A stretch of 62,269 nt of DNA, filler included, from Collodictyon triciliatum (Eukaryota): assembly GCA_043381765.1 (NCBI GenBank). It is 14 parts of 14 records of this genome, joined end to end, with 100 filler letters (N's around TTAATTAATTAA, not from the genome) between each part and the next. Parts side by side here need not be neighbours in the genome. Positions count along the whole stretch, not along the records: positions 23,080 to 27,589 come from JBHJMP010006008.1; positions 27,690 to 32,197 come from JBHJMP010006009.1; positions 32,298 to 36,805 come from JBHJMP010006010.1; 11 more parts are not named here. One strand, 5' to 3'. Both the position numbers and the translations under genes were made by a program. The notes under the pieces were generated by a model that was not told the origin of the DNA, made no database searches, and saw only the letters and a list, made by a program, of their open reading frames with translations. Positions within the stretch are counted from its first letter, which is position 1. Every line of letters begins with the position of its first letter. Below are positions 23,541-34,545 of the stretch, piece after piece.

Positions 23541-24849
23541 TCTTGATTTCATCATCATTACCAATCAGCATCACACAAAAAGGGAACTCATATACCCCTC
23601 TTCTGATTGTAATCCACTGATATGTCTATAATATACGTCTTAGCGATAAATTTATGTAATTGTGAAAAATTGCACGATGTGATATTGTTTTATAATTAAT
23701 TATTCATATTTTCCACATTTAAATTTTTCATCTGGAGCGTTAATCAGATCTCGTTAAAACCAACGAACCAACAATCTGATAAACCCGAATCCTGCCTTCA
23801 TACACAACGGTAACAACACATATGCGCTATCGGAAAAACTCGTCTGCCTGGGTGTTTAACAGTTGGAAAGAGCAGAAGAACAAAGTAGAATAAAAAAGGG
23901 GTACATGTAATTAGAACAATCCTATTATATGCCAGGAGTTTCTCGACTTTAAAAAAGCATTGTTTTCTAGTTATTCGTGCAGTATCCTTCTTGCTGGGGT
24001 TCCTACTCCACACTCGGATTAATGCAATATCATATATCCCTTCATGGTTGTTTATTTTTAATTCTGAGTTGATCAAAGTTGGAGCCATGTTTTTATTTTA
24101 GCTCAAACGCAGCTCAAAGTCATTTTTTTAAACAAAGAGAATACTCTATCCTGAGCCAAAGGCGATCTCTCTAATTCGCTGGGTCTGCGCTGTTGATTGA
24201 TGCCGTCATGTGTGCGTACAAGAAAGTTTGCCTTTTACTATATTCGACTGAATCTTCAAGAGATTCGACTTTACAAAAGTGGACAAGGTGTGAATGGCTG
24301 AGAACAGACATGAATCGAAGAGATAATCGAGGAAATCATTTATTTATTTATTTATTTATTTTATTCTTCCTTTCAATTTTGTGCAAGATGGTGTAGATGT
24401 TGATAATCGAGGAAATCATATTATGGAAAAGAAGAAAGAGGCGGTGAGTTAGGCGGGCGAGCTGTACACATGAGAACAGCAGGAATTTTTACTTCTGCAC
24501 ATACTCCCATGTAAACATCTATTTAATGCTTTGTCGTACTTTGTCGAAGCTCGGTGCTCATAATGAATTAACTTTTTAAAGGTGCTTGCTCTTTTGCGTA
24601 GCTGAATAATTTTTTTATATTTTTCCTTTCGGTTTATACAAAGTGGTGGTTGTATAGTTCTGAAAGAGTCCATAATCGATTATTAAACACGACTTTGCTC
24701 ATTGTTGAAAAGAGGCTCATTCTCTTGAACCCGTTTCATATTGGTTTGTTACAGCAACAATACTAACTCACTTTTCTATAAAAATGTGCCAGAGGGAGGT
24801 TTTTGGTACTGATTCGTCGGACTTTATTTGCTCGAGCAATAATAGGGAC

Positions 24850-25095
24850 TTGAGTAGAAGTATTCGGTTATCAGGAAATTGTATCCTGTTGGTTGGCTGT
24901 AGTCTGGGTCTTATGCTTGCATCAATGAGGTAAGGCGAGGTTTAGTCTCTTTTCAGCTTCATTCCACATGTCTTTTCTCATAGGATGTTTATGATGAAGA
25001 ACGTGGATGTGGCGAAGGAGGCCTTGATGAAAGAGAATTGTATGATGTCATCTAGTCTATATCGGCTATGGGTGGGTGAGTGTTAAATCTTGAAA
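24850..25095 (-). mobile_element. Decayed L1-like ORF2 3' fragment (family B)
   Basis: Nucleotide similarity to 25558-25870 and 38512-38845, e.g. the shared gtagtctgggtcttatgc...ccacatgtc...gatgaagaacgtg...ggcgaagga. Confidence 0.7.
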
Positions 25096-25557
25096 TTCTT
25101 CAATTCTATACTTATAAATATTGAATAGGGTGTTACTGAAGTAGACACTTGCAATTAATCATAGGGTGAATAATAATTATTATTATTTTCAGCATCCGCC
25201 GTGCACTTTGGTAGTCACGAGTGTAACAAGATACAATTAGCCCTCGCTTACAGACATCATGCAACATGGTATGATATTACTGGGTGAATATCGCAGTATC
25301 TTAGATTTCATTTCAATTGACGCGATCTGTAATGATTTTGTATATTTTTTAAGCTGAACATTTTGTAAAAATGTTTTGGATTGTGTGATGAAATGTAATT
25401 TTTTTTTTGGTATGTAGTAAATTGCCGTGCTGTATTTGATTGAATTTTTTCTACTGCATTAGAATTTTTATCTATATCTGATGGCAATTTGCCTTTTAAA
25501 TGTATTTTTATTCTCCCTATCAGTTTGTACAAAATAGCAAAGGCTTTGGCTTTGGTT

Positions 25558-25870
25558 CACTAGCCATCATGGCATGGACGCTACTTGTTGACCAGATGAC
25601 GGACAAGTAGTCACGTATTAAGAATTGCACCTGCAGCATGGCTCGTAGTCTGGGTCTTATGCATGAATTAGAGAGGCGAGGCGAACTTTCATGACTTTCT
25701 CAACCTCTTTCCGCATGTCCTTTCTCACAGGGTCTGAGTGATGAAGAATGTGCAGAAGGCGAAGGAAGCAATTGAGGAAAGAGATGATAATATGGTATCT
25801 AGCCTTATTGTCAGGAATGGGTGGTGGATTGTTGAATCTTGCTTCGTGTAAGTATATCGCGTGTTATCCA
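25558..25870 (-). mobile_element. Decayed L1-like ORF2 3' fragment (family B)
   Basis: Aligns by eye to 38512-38830. The minus strand reads ...QFLIRDYL... Confidence 0.7.
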
Positions 25871-26384
25871 CATATTCGTTAGAAAATTACCTCTGTTACA
25901 TTTTCATATTTTTATCTTTGGTTTGATGTAAGATGTAGTATGATGTCTTAGAAGACCAGCATATTTACCATTTTGTTGGAAGAAAAAATGTAGGCTATAT
26001 GAGCGTAAGAGTGAGAGGATATGTCATACCAAATGAACCCGACTTCTAATCGTCAGTATCTGCATGGAGCGAGGGAGACACTCGTGAGACTTGATACGGG
26101 TACTCCATACTAATGGAGACCGTTTGAGATGACCTTATCCGCGCTGTGCTGCATATGTATTTTTATTTTCTTTTTAAAATAATTTAATCGAATTGAGGTC
26201 AAGAGAGTTTCAGACATCAAGGGAACGTGAGAGAACTCGTCCACTAAGATTATTGCTCTTTTCTGGGATTTTACATGTTAGATATTAGCGTATAGTTTTT
26301 TTTTTTTTGGATTCATCTATTATATGCGATGTAATTTATACTGATGCAGCGCTAATTTTGCCCTTTTTTTTTATGATTTAATTT

Positions 26385-26620
26385 TCCATTATTTGATTCA
26401 AAGTGCACCAAGGTTATGCCATACAAGGGGCGAGATAGGTGTGCATGGTAGAGAGCAAACACGAGGAGAGGACGCTATTGTGGAGAAGCAAGCACCAGAT
26501 AGAAATCAGTGATAACGAGTTGGTCAGGTGGGTGTCCCAACTGGTTGATTAGCTGCGTGGGTAGCAGGGGTTGAACATGTTGCGGAAAGTATCTCGCGAC
26601 ACATACCCACTTTGCTCTTG
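26385..26620 (-). mobile_element. 5'-truncated 3' end of family A L1-like element
   Basis: Matches 40195-40430, including the ORF2 end (QLVITDFY LVLASPQ*) and the 3' UTR up to ...ctttgaatc-aata. Confidence 0.8.
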
Positions 26621-27689
26621 TATGTTAATTTTTAAACTTCTGTCATCATAAAGTGTCTTTATTTAAAGATGTTGAAATTGAAATTAAAAAACCTTTCTAT
26701 CAGAATGATTCATGTCGATGCAACCCGTGCTTGAGGATGGATGTAATTTAAAAAAATATCAGTCGGTAAGACATATCAATTTTTATTATTTCCAAAGAAT
26801 ATTATCGAATATTTTTATGAAAAGATGCAAAAAAAACAAATAGAAAAAACGAAGAAAAAAAAAGGATTATGATTTATATTTTTTATCTTGTAATGCTGAA
26901 TAAAATGGGATATCAAAATCATGATGATTAAAAAAAACCTGTAATCTATTTTTATCTACTGCCCTGTACTTTCATCAATTTTCCCTTCCATATCAATATT
27001 TCTTCGACGCTTATGGAAGTGATGGAATCAAGTTGTTATGTCCTTCAAAATCAAAATTTTGAATTTTCAAAAATCGAGAAGGGGCATGTTTCTGTTGCAA
27101 AGGATGTTGCAGCCCAAGATTCAAGCATATATGAGGTTCTATCGTCTTTGGTCGGCTGCTGAGTGACTTCGTGCGTGTCTGTTAATGGATTTGATGATTA
27201 TCACAATCACTCCAACCCCTGCCGAGACGACCGACGAATGAACTACAATGTAATGCGCAAGCAACCTGCGGACGGGGCACAAACCCTCTGTAAGCCTTTA
27301 AATTATCATGATTAACATCTGTGTGTATTGACCCAGATTCTCGCGCTTCATAAATCCCCCGACAAAGTCAACTAGTCAAATAGAACATCCTCTCACCATC
27401 CATCCATTCATGCAGGCTATCCTTGCCGGGTTAAGAAGGGTAGGCGGGCGTTGAGCGCGGCGTTGTGGAGTTCATTGGATGGCTCCGGCGCTCCACGCAG
27501 CGCGTATCTTTCTTGTCATGGGATGGCTGAGGTTTGTAGCACTCCACAGTTGGAACCCGTCCTCGCTGAGAACTGAACCACTAAAGGGANNNNNNNNNNN
27601 NNNNNNNNNNNNNNNNNNNNNNNNNNNNNNNNNTTAATTAATTAANNNNNNNNNNNNNNNNNNNNNNNNNNNNNNNNNNNNNNNNNNNN

Positions 27690-30600
27690 GAGATGCCTCG
27701 ATTCAGTTGAGAAAAATACAGATAATTTCCTGCGTATTGCTACCATTCATGAAGAGATGGGAATCATCTACCAGCAACAGGATAAGTAAGGCTCGTCTGC
27801 AATTATAAATTAAATTATGAATAATGTTTCAAAAAAGGAATTATTCTGATTTGCTTATTAAACAGAATCGATGAAGCTCTTGATGAATATAAGAAATCAC
27901 TGGAGTTGAGAATCAAACAGCTGGGCGAGAACGACTTGCAAGTGGCCCAATCACATGACCGCTTCGGAGACATCTATGTGAAGCAGTCAAAGTAATATTT
28001 AATCATCTATAGACGTTAATATTCTACCCTTTTATTTTGTAAAAATATATTTATGTTGATCAATTTTTTATGATAGGAATGAGCAAGCTCTAGATGAATA
28101 CAAAAAGGCCATGGAAATTCGCCAAAAGAAAGTCGGAAACGAGCATCCTCTTGTCGCAACATCGTACCAGAACTATGGCCATGTCTCTCTGGCTGGGAAA
28201 AAGTAACACATATTCATTCGATTAAAGACAGTTTTAAATCAATTATGGTAATTTTGAGAAATATTAATTATGATTGAATAATTAAGGTATGAAGAATCTG
28301 TTAAAAACTACGAAAAGGCGAAATCAATTCTTGAAAAATTGCTGGGAGCTAAGCATGCATCTGTTGCCTCGACAATCCAGTTTATAGCGAATGTTCATCT
28401 TGCCAGTGGAAAGTTGGAATTTCTAAATTTTTAGATTTTTGAATACAATAATTTTTACTTTCTTTCGAGTTTTGCAAAATGGGTGTGGCTTCATATCTTT
28501 TATTTGCATGGATGCTATTTAGGGTGAAGATTTTTCATAATATAATTGTAGCTATTAAATAATCAATTACTATCTTCTTTTATAGGAAAACTGAGGCCAT
28601 ATCCTCATTAAAGCAATCGCTGTATATTTTCATGTCTGCTCTTGGTGAAAATCATCCGAATGTTATGGCCTGCTATGAAATGATTGGAGACATCAGCCAC
28701 GATTTGAAGGAGTATCTATTTATCAATTATTTTTGTATTTTTAATTAAAAAGAAAAGATTAATTTATTTACCCATATTATTATCATAGCTTTAAGGGTGC
28801 TTTGGAGGCCTATAAAGAGACGCTGGATATTCGCATGAGAACACTGGGCGGAAAGCATGCTGATTATGCGACTTCCCTGGAGAATGTTGGCAGAACAAAC
28901 TTTGAACTTAAAAGGTTTATTTTTTATTTATTAAAAATCGAATATTTTGATTAATAATTTAAAAAATCCATTGAATAATATCTCATATGCTTTATTTAGA
29001 TTTGATCAAGTCGTTGAATACTTCCAGAAGGCAGCTGCTATCAGAAAGGAGACAAAGACTATCATGTCACTGAAAGAAACTCATCAAATTGACAACATTA
29101 TCCGACTCATGAAGGACAAGAAGGAGCATGAAGCCACTATTCAGCTCTACGAGACGCTTATTCATTTATTCAGCAAGCTTTATTCCATGGATTATCTTGG
29201 GATATGGAGCAGCTGCGAAGAAATCGATAAAATTTACAAGGAACTAAAACAGCATAACGAAGCAGTGGAATTCTGGGCTGGGATGAGAGACAGATTCTCT
29301 GATAAAGTTGGGTGGATTCACGCCAGAACATTAAATTCATGCGAATACTTGTCCCTCCATTCAAAAGATATCGGAATCAACAGAGAGCCTGTCGATTTTA
29401 CCAGAGTCAAGGAATTCATCAGTGAAACTATTGATGATGCAAAACTGGATGAAGAATGGAATCGTGAGCAAGTCATTGTATCATTATTCAGAATTGTCTA
29501 CATGTCAAAGACTGATGAAACCAAATCAAAGGTTGCATCTGATGCCATCACACTTTTGAATTTCATGAATGTTTCGTTCGGTGGAATGGATTTATCAAAC
29601 ATCAAAATTCCGCATGCAAATCTCAGTAACTCAATCCTTGATGGTGCAAACTTCACTGGTGCCAACTTGGATGGTATTGATTTGACGAATTCGATGCTTG
29701 GTGATTGTGATTTTGATAATACGAATCTGAAGGATGCGAAGCTTAATATTCCTCACGAAAGCATAAAAGGACATATAGATTGGGTCAACAGTCTTTGTAG
29801 TATCCATGGACTGAATGGTGAAAACTGGCTGGCCTCTGGAAGTCAAGATAAAACAATACTTATTTGGGATGTAGCCACAGGACATCAAATCAAAAAATTA
29901 GAAGGTAATACAGAAGGTGTCAATTGTGTTTGCAATATTCAAGGACCGAATGGTGAAAAGTGGCTGGCTTCCGGAAGTCGTGATAAAACAATACGTATTT
30001 GGGATATAGCCACAGGAAATCAAATCAAAGTAATAGAAGGGCACTTAAGTGATGTAATGAGTGTTTGCAGTATTCAAGGACTGAATGGTGAAAATTGGAT
30101 GGCTTCTGGAAGTGATGATAAAACAATACGCATTTGGGATATTGCCACAGGAAATCAAATCAAAAGATTAGAAGGTCATGCAGACGGTGTCACGATTATT
30201 TGTAGAATTCAAGAACCGAATGGTGAAAATTGGTTGGCCTCTGGAAGTTGGGATAATACAATACGTATTTGGGATGTAGCCACAGGAAACCAATTCAAAA
30301 CATTAAAAGGACATACATGGACTATTTATAGTATTTGCACTATTCAAGGACCGAATGGTGAATATTGGTTGGCTTCCGGAAGTCGTGATAAAACAATACG
30401 TATTTGGGATGTAACCACAGGAAACCAAATCAAAGTATTAGAAGGGCACTTGAGTGGTGTGAGGAGTGTTTGCAGTATTCAAGGACCGAATGGTGAGAAT
30501 TGGTTGGCATCTGGAAGTCGTGATAACACAATTCGAATTTGGGATGTAGCCACAGGAAACCAAATCAAAATATTAGAAGAGCATACAAGGAGTGTCAGGA

Positions 30601-31859
30601 GTTTATGTAGTATTCAAGGACAGAATGGCGCAAAATGGTTGGTTTCTGGAAGTGAGGATAATACAATGCGTATTTGGAACGTAGCTACAGGAAGCCAAAT
30701 CAAAACATTAGAAGGACATACAGGGTATGTCAATCGTCATTGCAGTATTCAAGGACCGAATGGTGAATATTGGCTGGCTTCTGGAAGTGCTGATGAAACA
30801 ATACGTATTTGGGATGTAGGCACAGGAAACCAAACACACAGCCTGCAAAAATCAGAAGTGACCTACACCCAAGGAAAATACCTCGTCAAGAAAGAAAAGC
30901 CAGACGAAGTCATCGCAGTATTCAATAGAACAAGTGATGCGATGAACATGATTGACACCAACAGAGTCCAAGATGCAAATATAGTCCAGATTATGGGCCC
31001 AAGAAAGATGCAAGGTGGAAACATCCAAGTCAGAAATGTCACAGGATTGAATCAATTCAACAAATCCCTTCTACTTTCTATTGGTGCTGCTTCCTTTGAT
31101 GCGGACTTTGTTGCCTATTGCGACCAGGGTAAGTTTACTAAGTTCCAGGCTCAAATGATGGCTGAGTGCTATGAGAATGGATGGGGTGTTGGGAAGGACA
31201 CCGAGAAGGCTTACTTCTGGAGAGTTATCGCTCCTTTGAAATTATCATTAAACTTTGGTGGATTGAAGAATTTAGCACAACAAGGCTCAAAGGATGCATT
31301 CAATGTTTTGGAAGAAATAGCTGGAATGAAGGAAAAAGATTGGAGAGAAAAACACAAGTATCCACAGGCTGCTTCCATTGTTGCTGAGTGCTATGAGAAT
31401 GGATGGGGTGTTGAGAAGGACTCTGAGAAAGAAATCGAATGGTGTGGAAAAGCTGAAAACTTTAATAAACTGAAGGAACTAGCGCAACAAAGCTCAAAAG
31501 AGGCCTTCATTTTTTTGAAAGAAATGGCTGAAATGGAGAAATATGGTGTACAAAAATACCCACAAGTTGTTTCTATTGTTGCTGAATGCTATGAAAATGG
31601 ATGGGGTGTTAATAAGGACATGGAAAAAGCAGCTGAATGGTTTGGAAAAGCTGAAGACGTTGAAAGATTGAAACAATTTGCACAACAAGGCTCAAAGGAG
31701 GCATTCATCGTTTTGAAACAAATGGCTGAAATGGGTGATGATTGGGTATATACATATCCACAGGCTGTTTCTATTGTGGCCGAATGCTATGTGAATGGAT
31801 GGGGTGTTGAGAAGGACACCGAGAAAGCAGCTGAGTGGAGACAGAAAACATCAGCTTAA
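27690..31859 (+). CDS. Multidomain repeat protein: KLC-type TPR array + helical linker + pentapeptide repeats + 8 WD40 + SEL1-like repeats (5' end missing)
   Basis: Exons <27690-27785, 27866-27991, 28077-28202, 28287-28412, 28586-28711, 28789-28914 and 29000-31859, all GT-AG and in frame. TPRs have the LG.nHp.vA.s consensus. The pentapeptide region reads MDLSNIKIPHANLSNSILDGANFTGANLDGIDL. The WD40 unit is GH...V.S.C.IQGPNGE.WLASGS.D.TIRIWD. AECYENGWGV.KD.EKA occurs four times. Confidence 0.92.
29769..30845 (+). repeat. Coding tandem repeat, 8 x 135 bp (45-aa WD40 units)
   Basis: Near-identical nucleotide blocks such as tggtgaaaattggttggcttctggaagt...aaaacaatacgtatttgggatgtagccacagga recur every 135 bp. 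Confidence 0.95.
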
Positions 31860-32811
31860 CAAGGTAAGTAATATCCATAAATGAATAATAATAATAATAA
31901 TAATAAGTGTAATATATGCATTCTTTAATCATATTCATTCTAGAACTAGAGGTTCTTAGGGCTTTTTCAAGCAGACCTTCATTTCTTTCCTAGAAGGATG
32001 CTGCATGAAAAAAGAATAAAATCATTGAGAACGATAGAAAAAACAGATTGATGTCTATTAAATCCTTCTCTCTTTTCTCTCTTTTCTCTTATTTTTTCTC
32101 TTATTTTTTCTCTTATTTTTTCTCTTATTTTTTCTCTTATTTTTTCTCTTATTTTTTCTCTTATTTTTTCTCTTATTTTTTCTCTTATTTTTTCTCTNNN
32201 NNNNNNNNNNNNNNNNNNNNNNNNNNNNNNNNNNNNNNNNNTTAATTAATTAANNNNNNNNNNNNNNNNNNNNNNNNNNNNNNNNNNNNNNNNNNNNTCA
32301 GAATGATAATTCCAGTAATGGATATATTCTTTGATTAATTGTTTGTATTTCTGGAAAATAATATATTTCTCGCCTCATTTAGTCAGATTTTGATAAATAT
32401 TAATTTTGAACTGTTTTTTGCATTAATATGCATTTGTGATTCAACATAATACGCATATTATTGTTTATTTTCACTGTAATTCAATTTAATTTATTAGTTA
32501 CGCAACATAAAGTGAATGTTTTCATTTCTTCTCACTTTGGCATTTTGTGTGATTGAATGAAGAATCCGGAAGATATCACTGCGCCAAACTACGTTTTGAT
32601 TGCATCGCTGCAGTATTGTTGTGAGTGCACGTAACCATATAATCACTGTTCTAAAATAAGAGTCACAGAGACCACCTATGCATATCGTCGTTCGAAAAAA
32701 AATAAAAGGTTTGAAAACAAGAGAATAAGCATTCCAATGGCAAACATCTAAATACGACGAAATGATATTCCGTTCCAGAAAGAAAGAAAAAAGCGTCCAT
32801 CACATAAAATA

Positions 32812-34045
32812 ATGAGATAAAGGACAAAGGCTTCTTCGCAGACACGGCCGTGGTGAAGCTTCTTTGTCACAAGAACCAGCTCCCTGCAAAGTTTACAGTC
32901 ATGGGAAAAAAGTGTCCAAAGCACATCCTCAAAGAGCGTCCGCCAGCCGCGANNNNNNNNNNNNNNNNNNNNNNNNNNNNNNNNNNNNNNNNNNNNNNNN
33001 NNNNNNNNNNNNNNNNNNNNNNNNNNNNNNNNNNNNNNNNNNNNNNNNNNNNNNNNNNNNNNNNNNNNNNNNNNNNNNNNNNNNNNNNNNNNNNNNNNNN
33101 NNNNNNNNNNNNNNNNNNNNNNNNNNNNNNNNNNNNNNNNNNNNNNNNNNNNNNNNNNNNNNNNNNNNNNNNNNNNNNNNNNNNNNNNNNNNNNNNNNNN
33201 NNNNNNNNNNNNNNNNNNNNNNNNNNNNNNNNNNNNNNNNNNNNNNNNNNNNNNNNNNNNNNNNNNNNNNNNNNNNNNNNNNNNNNNNNNNNNNNNNNNN
33301 NNNNNNNNNNNNNNNNNNNNNNNNNNNNNNNNNNNNNNNNNNNNNNNNNNNNNNNNNNNNNNNNNNNNNNNNNNNNNNNNNNNNNNNNNNNNNNNNNNNN
33401 NNNNNNNNNNNNNNNNNNNNNNNNNNNNNNNNNNNNNNNNNNNNNNNNNNNNNNNNNNNNNNNNNNNNNNNNNNNNNNNNNNNNNNNNNNNNNNNNNNNC
33501 TCCGGTTAAGCAAAGTCCACTGCCGGCTACGCATGGTCCCGATGCCAGGGGACGGTCAAGCGCCACTTCCGATAATTCCAGACAAACAACGATGTATCGC
33601 TTTTTGTCTGAGTCGCCCAGCAAGAAACGCAAGGAAAGTGACCCGTTGTCCCCTCAAAAGACTCATCCTGTGGAATGAAATAGGATGTAAACCTTGTCTG
33701 AGATAGATGGTTGAAAGGATTCGTCGGAATCGATTTGAGAAGTAACTGCCATGTGCGTACTTTCATCGACCCGACAACTTTATCCGCTCTTCTGTCAGTC
33801 TCGAACACATCCAGAAATCGCGTTGTGGCTGAATCATTTGGGATAGAACAGTCTGCATGTGAGAACACTCTCTCACTTTTCTATATTGTTTTTTCTTTTT
33901 CTTATTCTTTTCCTTTTTTTCCTTCCACCCAAAACACAAAAACTCCAACCACACAATCCGGGGGTTTCCACTGTCTCGTCCACAGTTCATTTCTTGTCCT
34001 AGAGGCGAAGGTGGTCTCTTCGGCTTTGTTTTTTTTGCAATAAAG
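32812..34045 (+). mobile_element. Second copy of the ORF1-bearing repeat (gapped)
   Basis: Matches 3007-3147 before the gap and 3700-4215 after it. Confidence 0.85.
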
Positions 34046-34545
34046 TAATCATAAGACACATGTACACGTAAGGTGTAGATGGGTGTTGTCTATACATATA
34101 CAAACCTCTCTTGAAGATCAGAAGTAACCCCCCAAACACCCGTTTTGTTTTGGTGGGTGAGGAATTCTAGAATATTGCTGCTATATTTTCCAACCCTAAT
34201 CTATTAGCATGAGTGCTGATTTCGATTTTTAACTATTATTATTTGTTTATTTTATTTTATTTTTTCTTCATTAATTTGGGAAGTAATATCTTCGTTAACT
34301 CCTCTCACATTCTTAACGGCAGTGTCGCGTTCTTCTGGGATTAACCGGTGATAAAAGCATGTTGGTCATATACTTCATGCGAATAGCTCGAATGATGATA
34401 ATGAAGCAACGAGTAGGGATATCGTATGAGGAAGGGAAGATATTATTGATTGGATTTCCATTTTTCTTTTTTCCTTTTTTTTTTTTTTTCACAGAACCCT
34501 AGCCAAACTGTTTAGACGGGGCTTTGTTTAGATTCAGATTTCTCT

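Noticed and set aside
24322-24419. 18-bp direct repeat GATAATCGAGGAAATCAT as a target-site duplication
   Set aside because: It encloses only about 60 bp of T-rich sequence with no element hallmarks. It cannot be distinguished from a local duplication.
29769-30845. 135-bp repeats as a CRISPR-like array
   Set aside because: They are in-frame coding WD40 units without unique spacers, in a eukaryotic gene.
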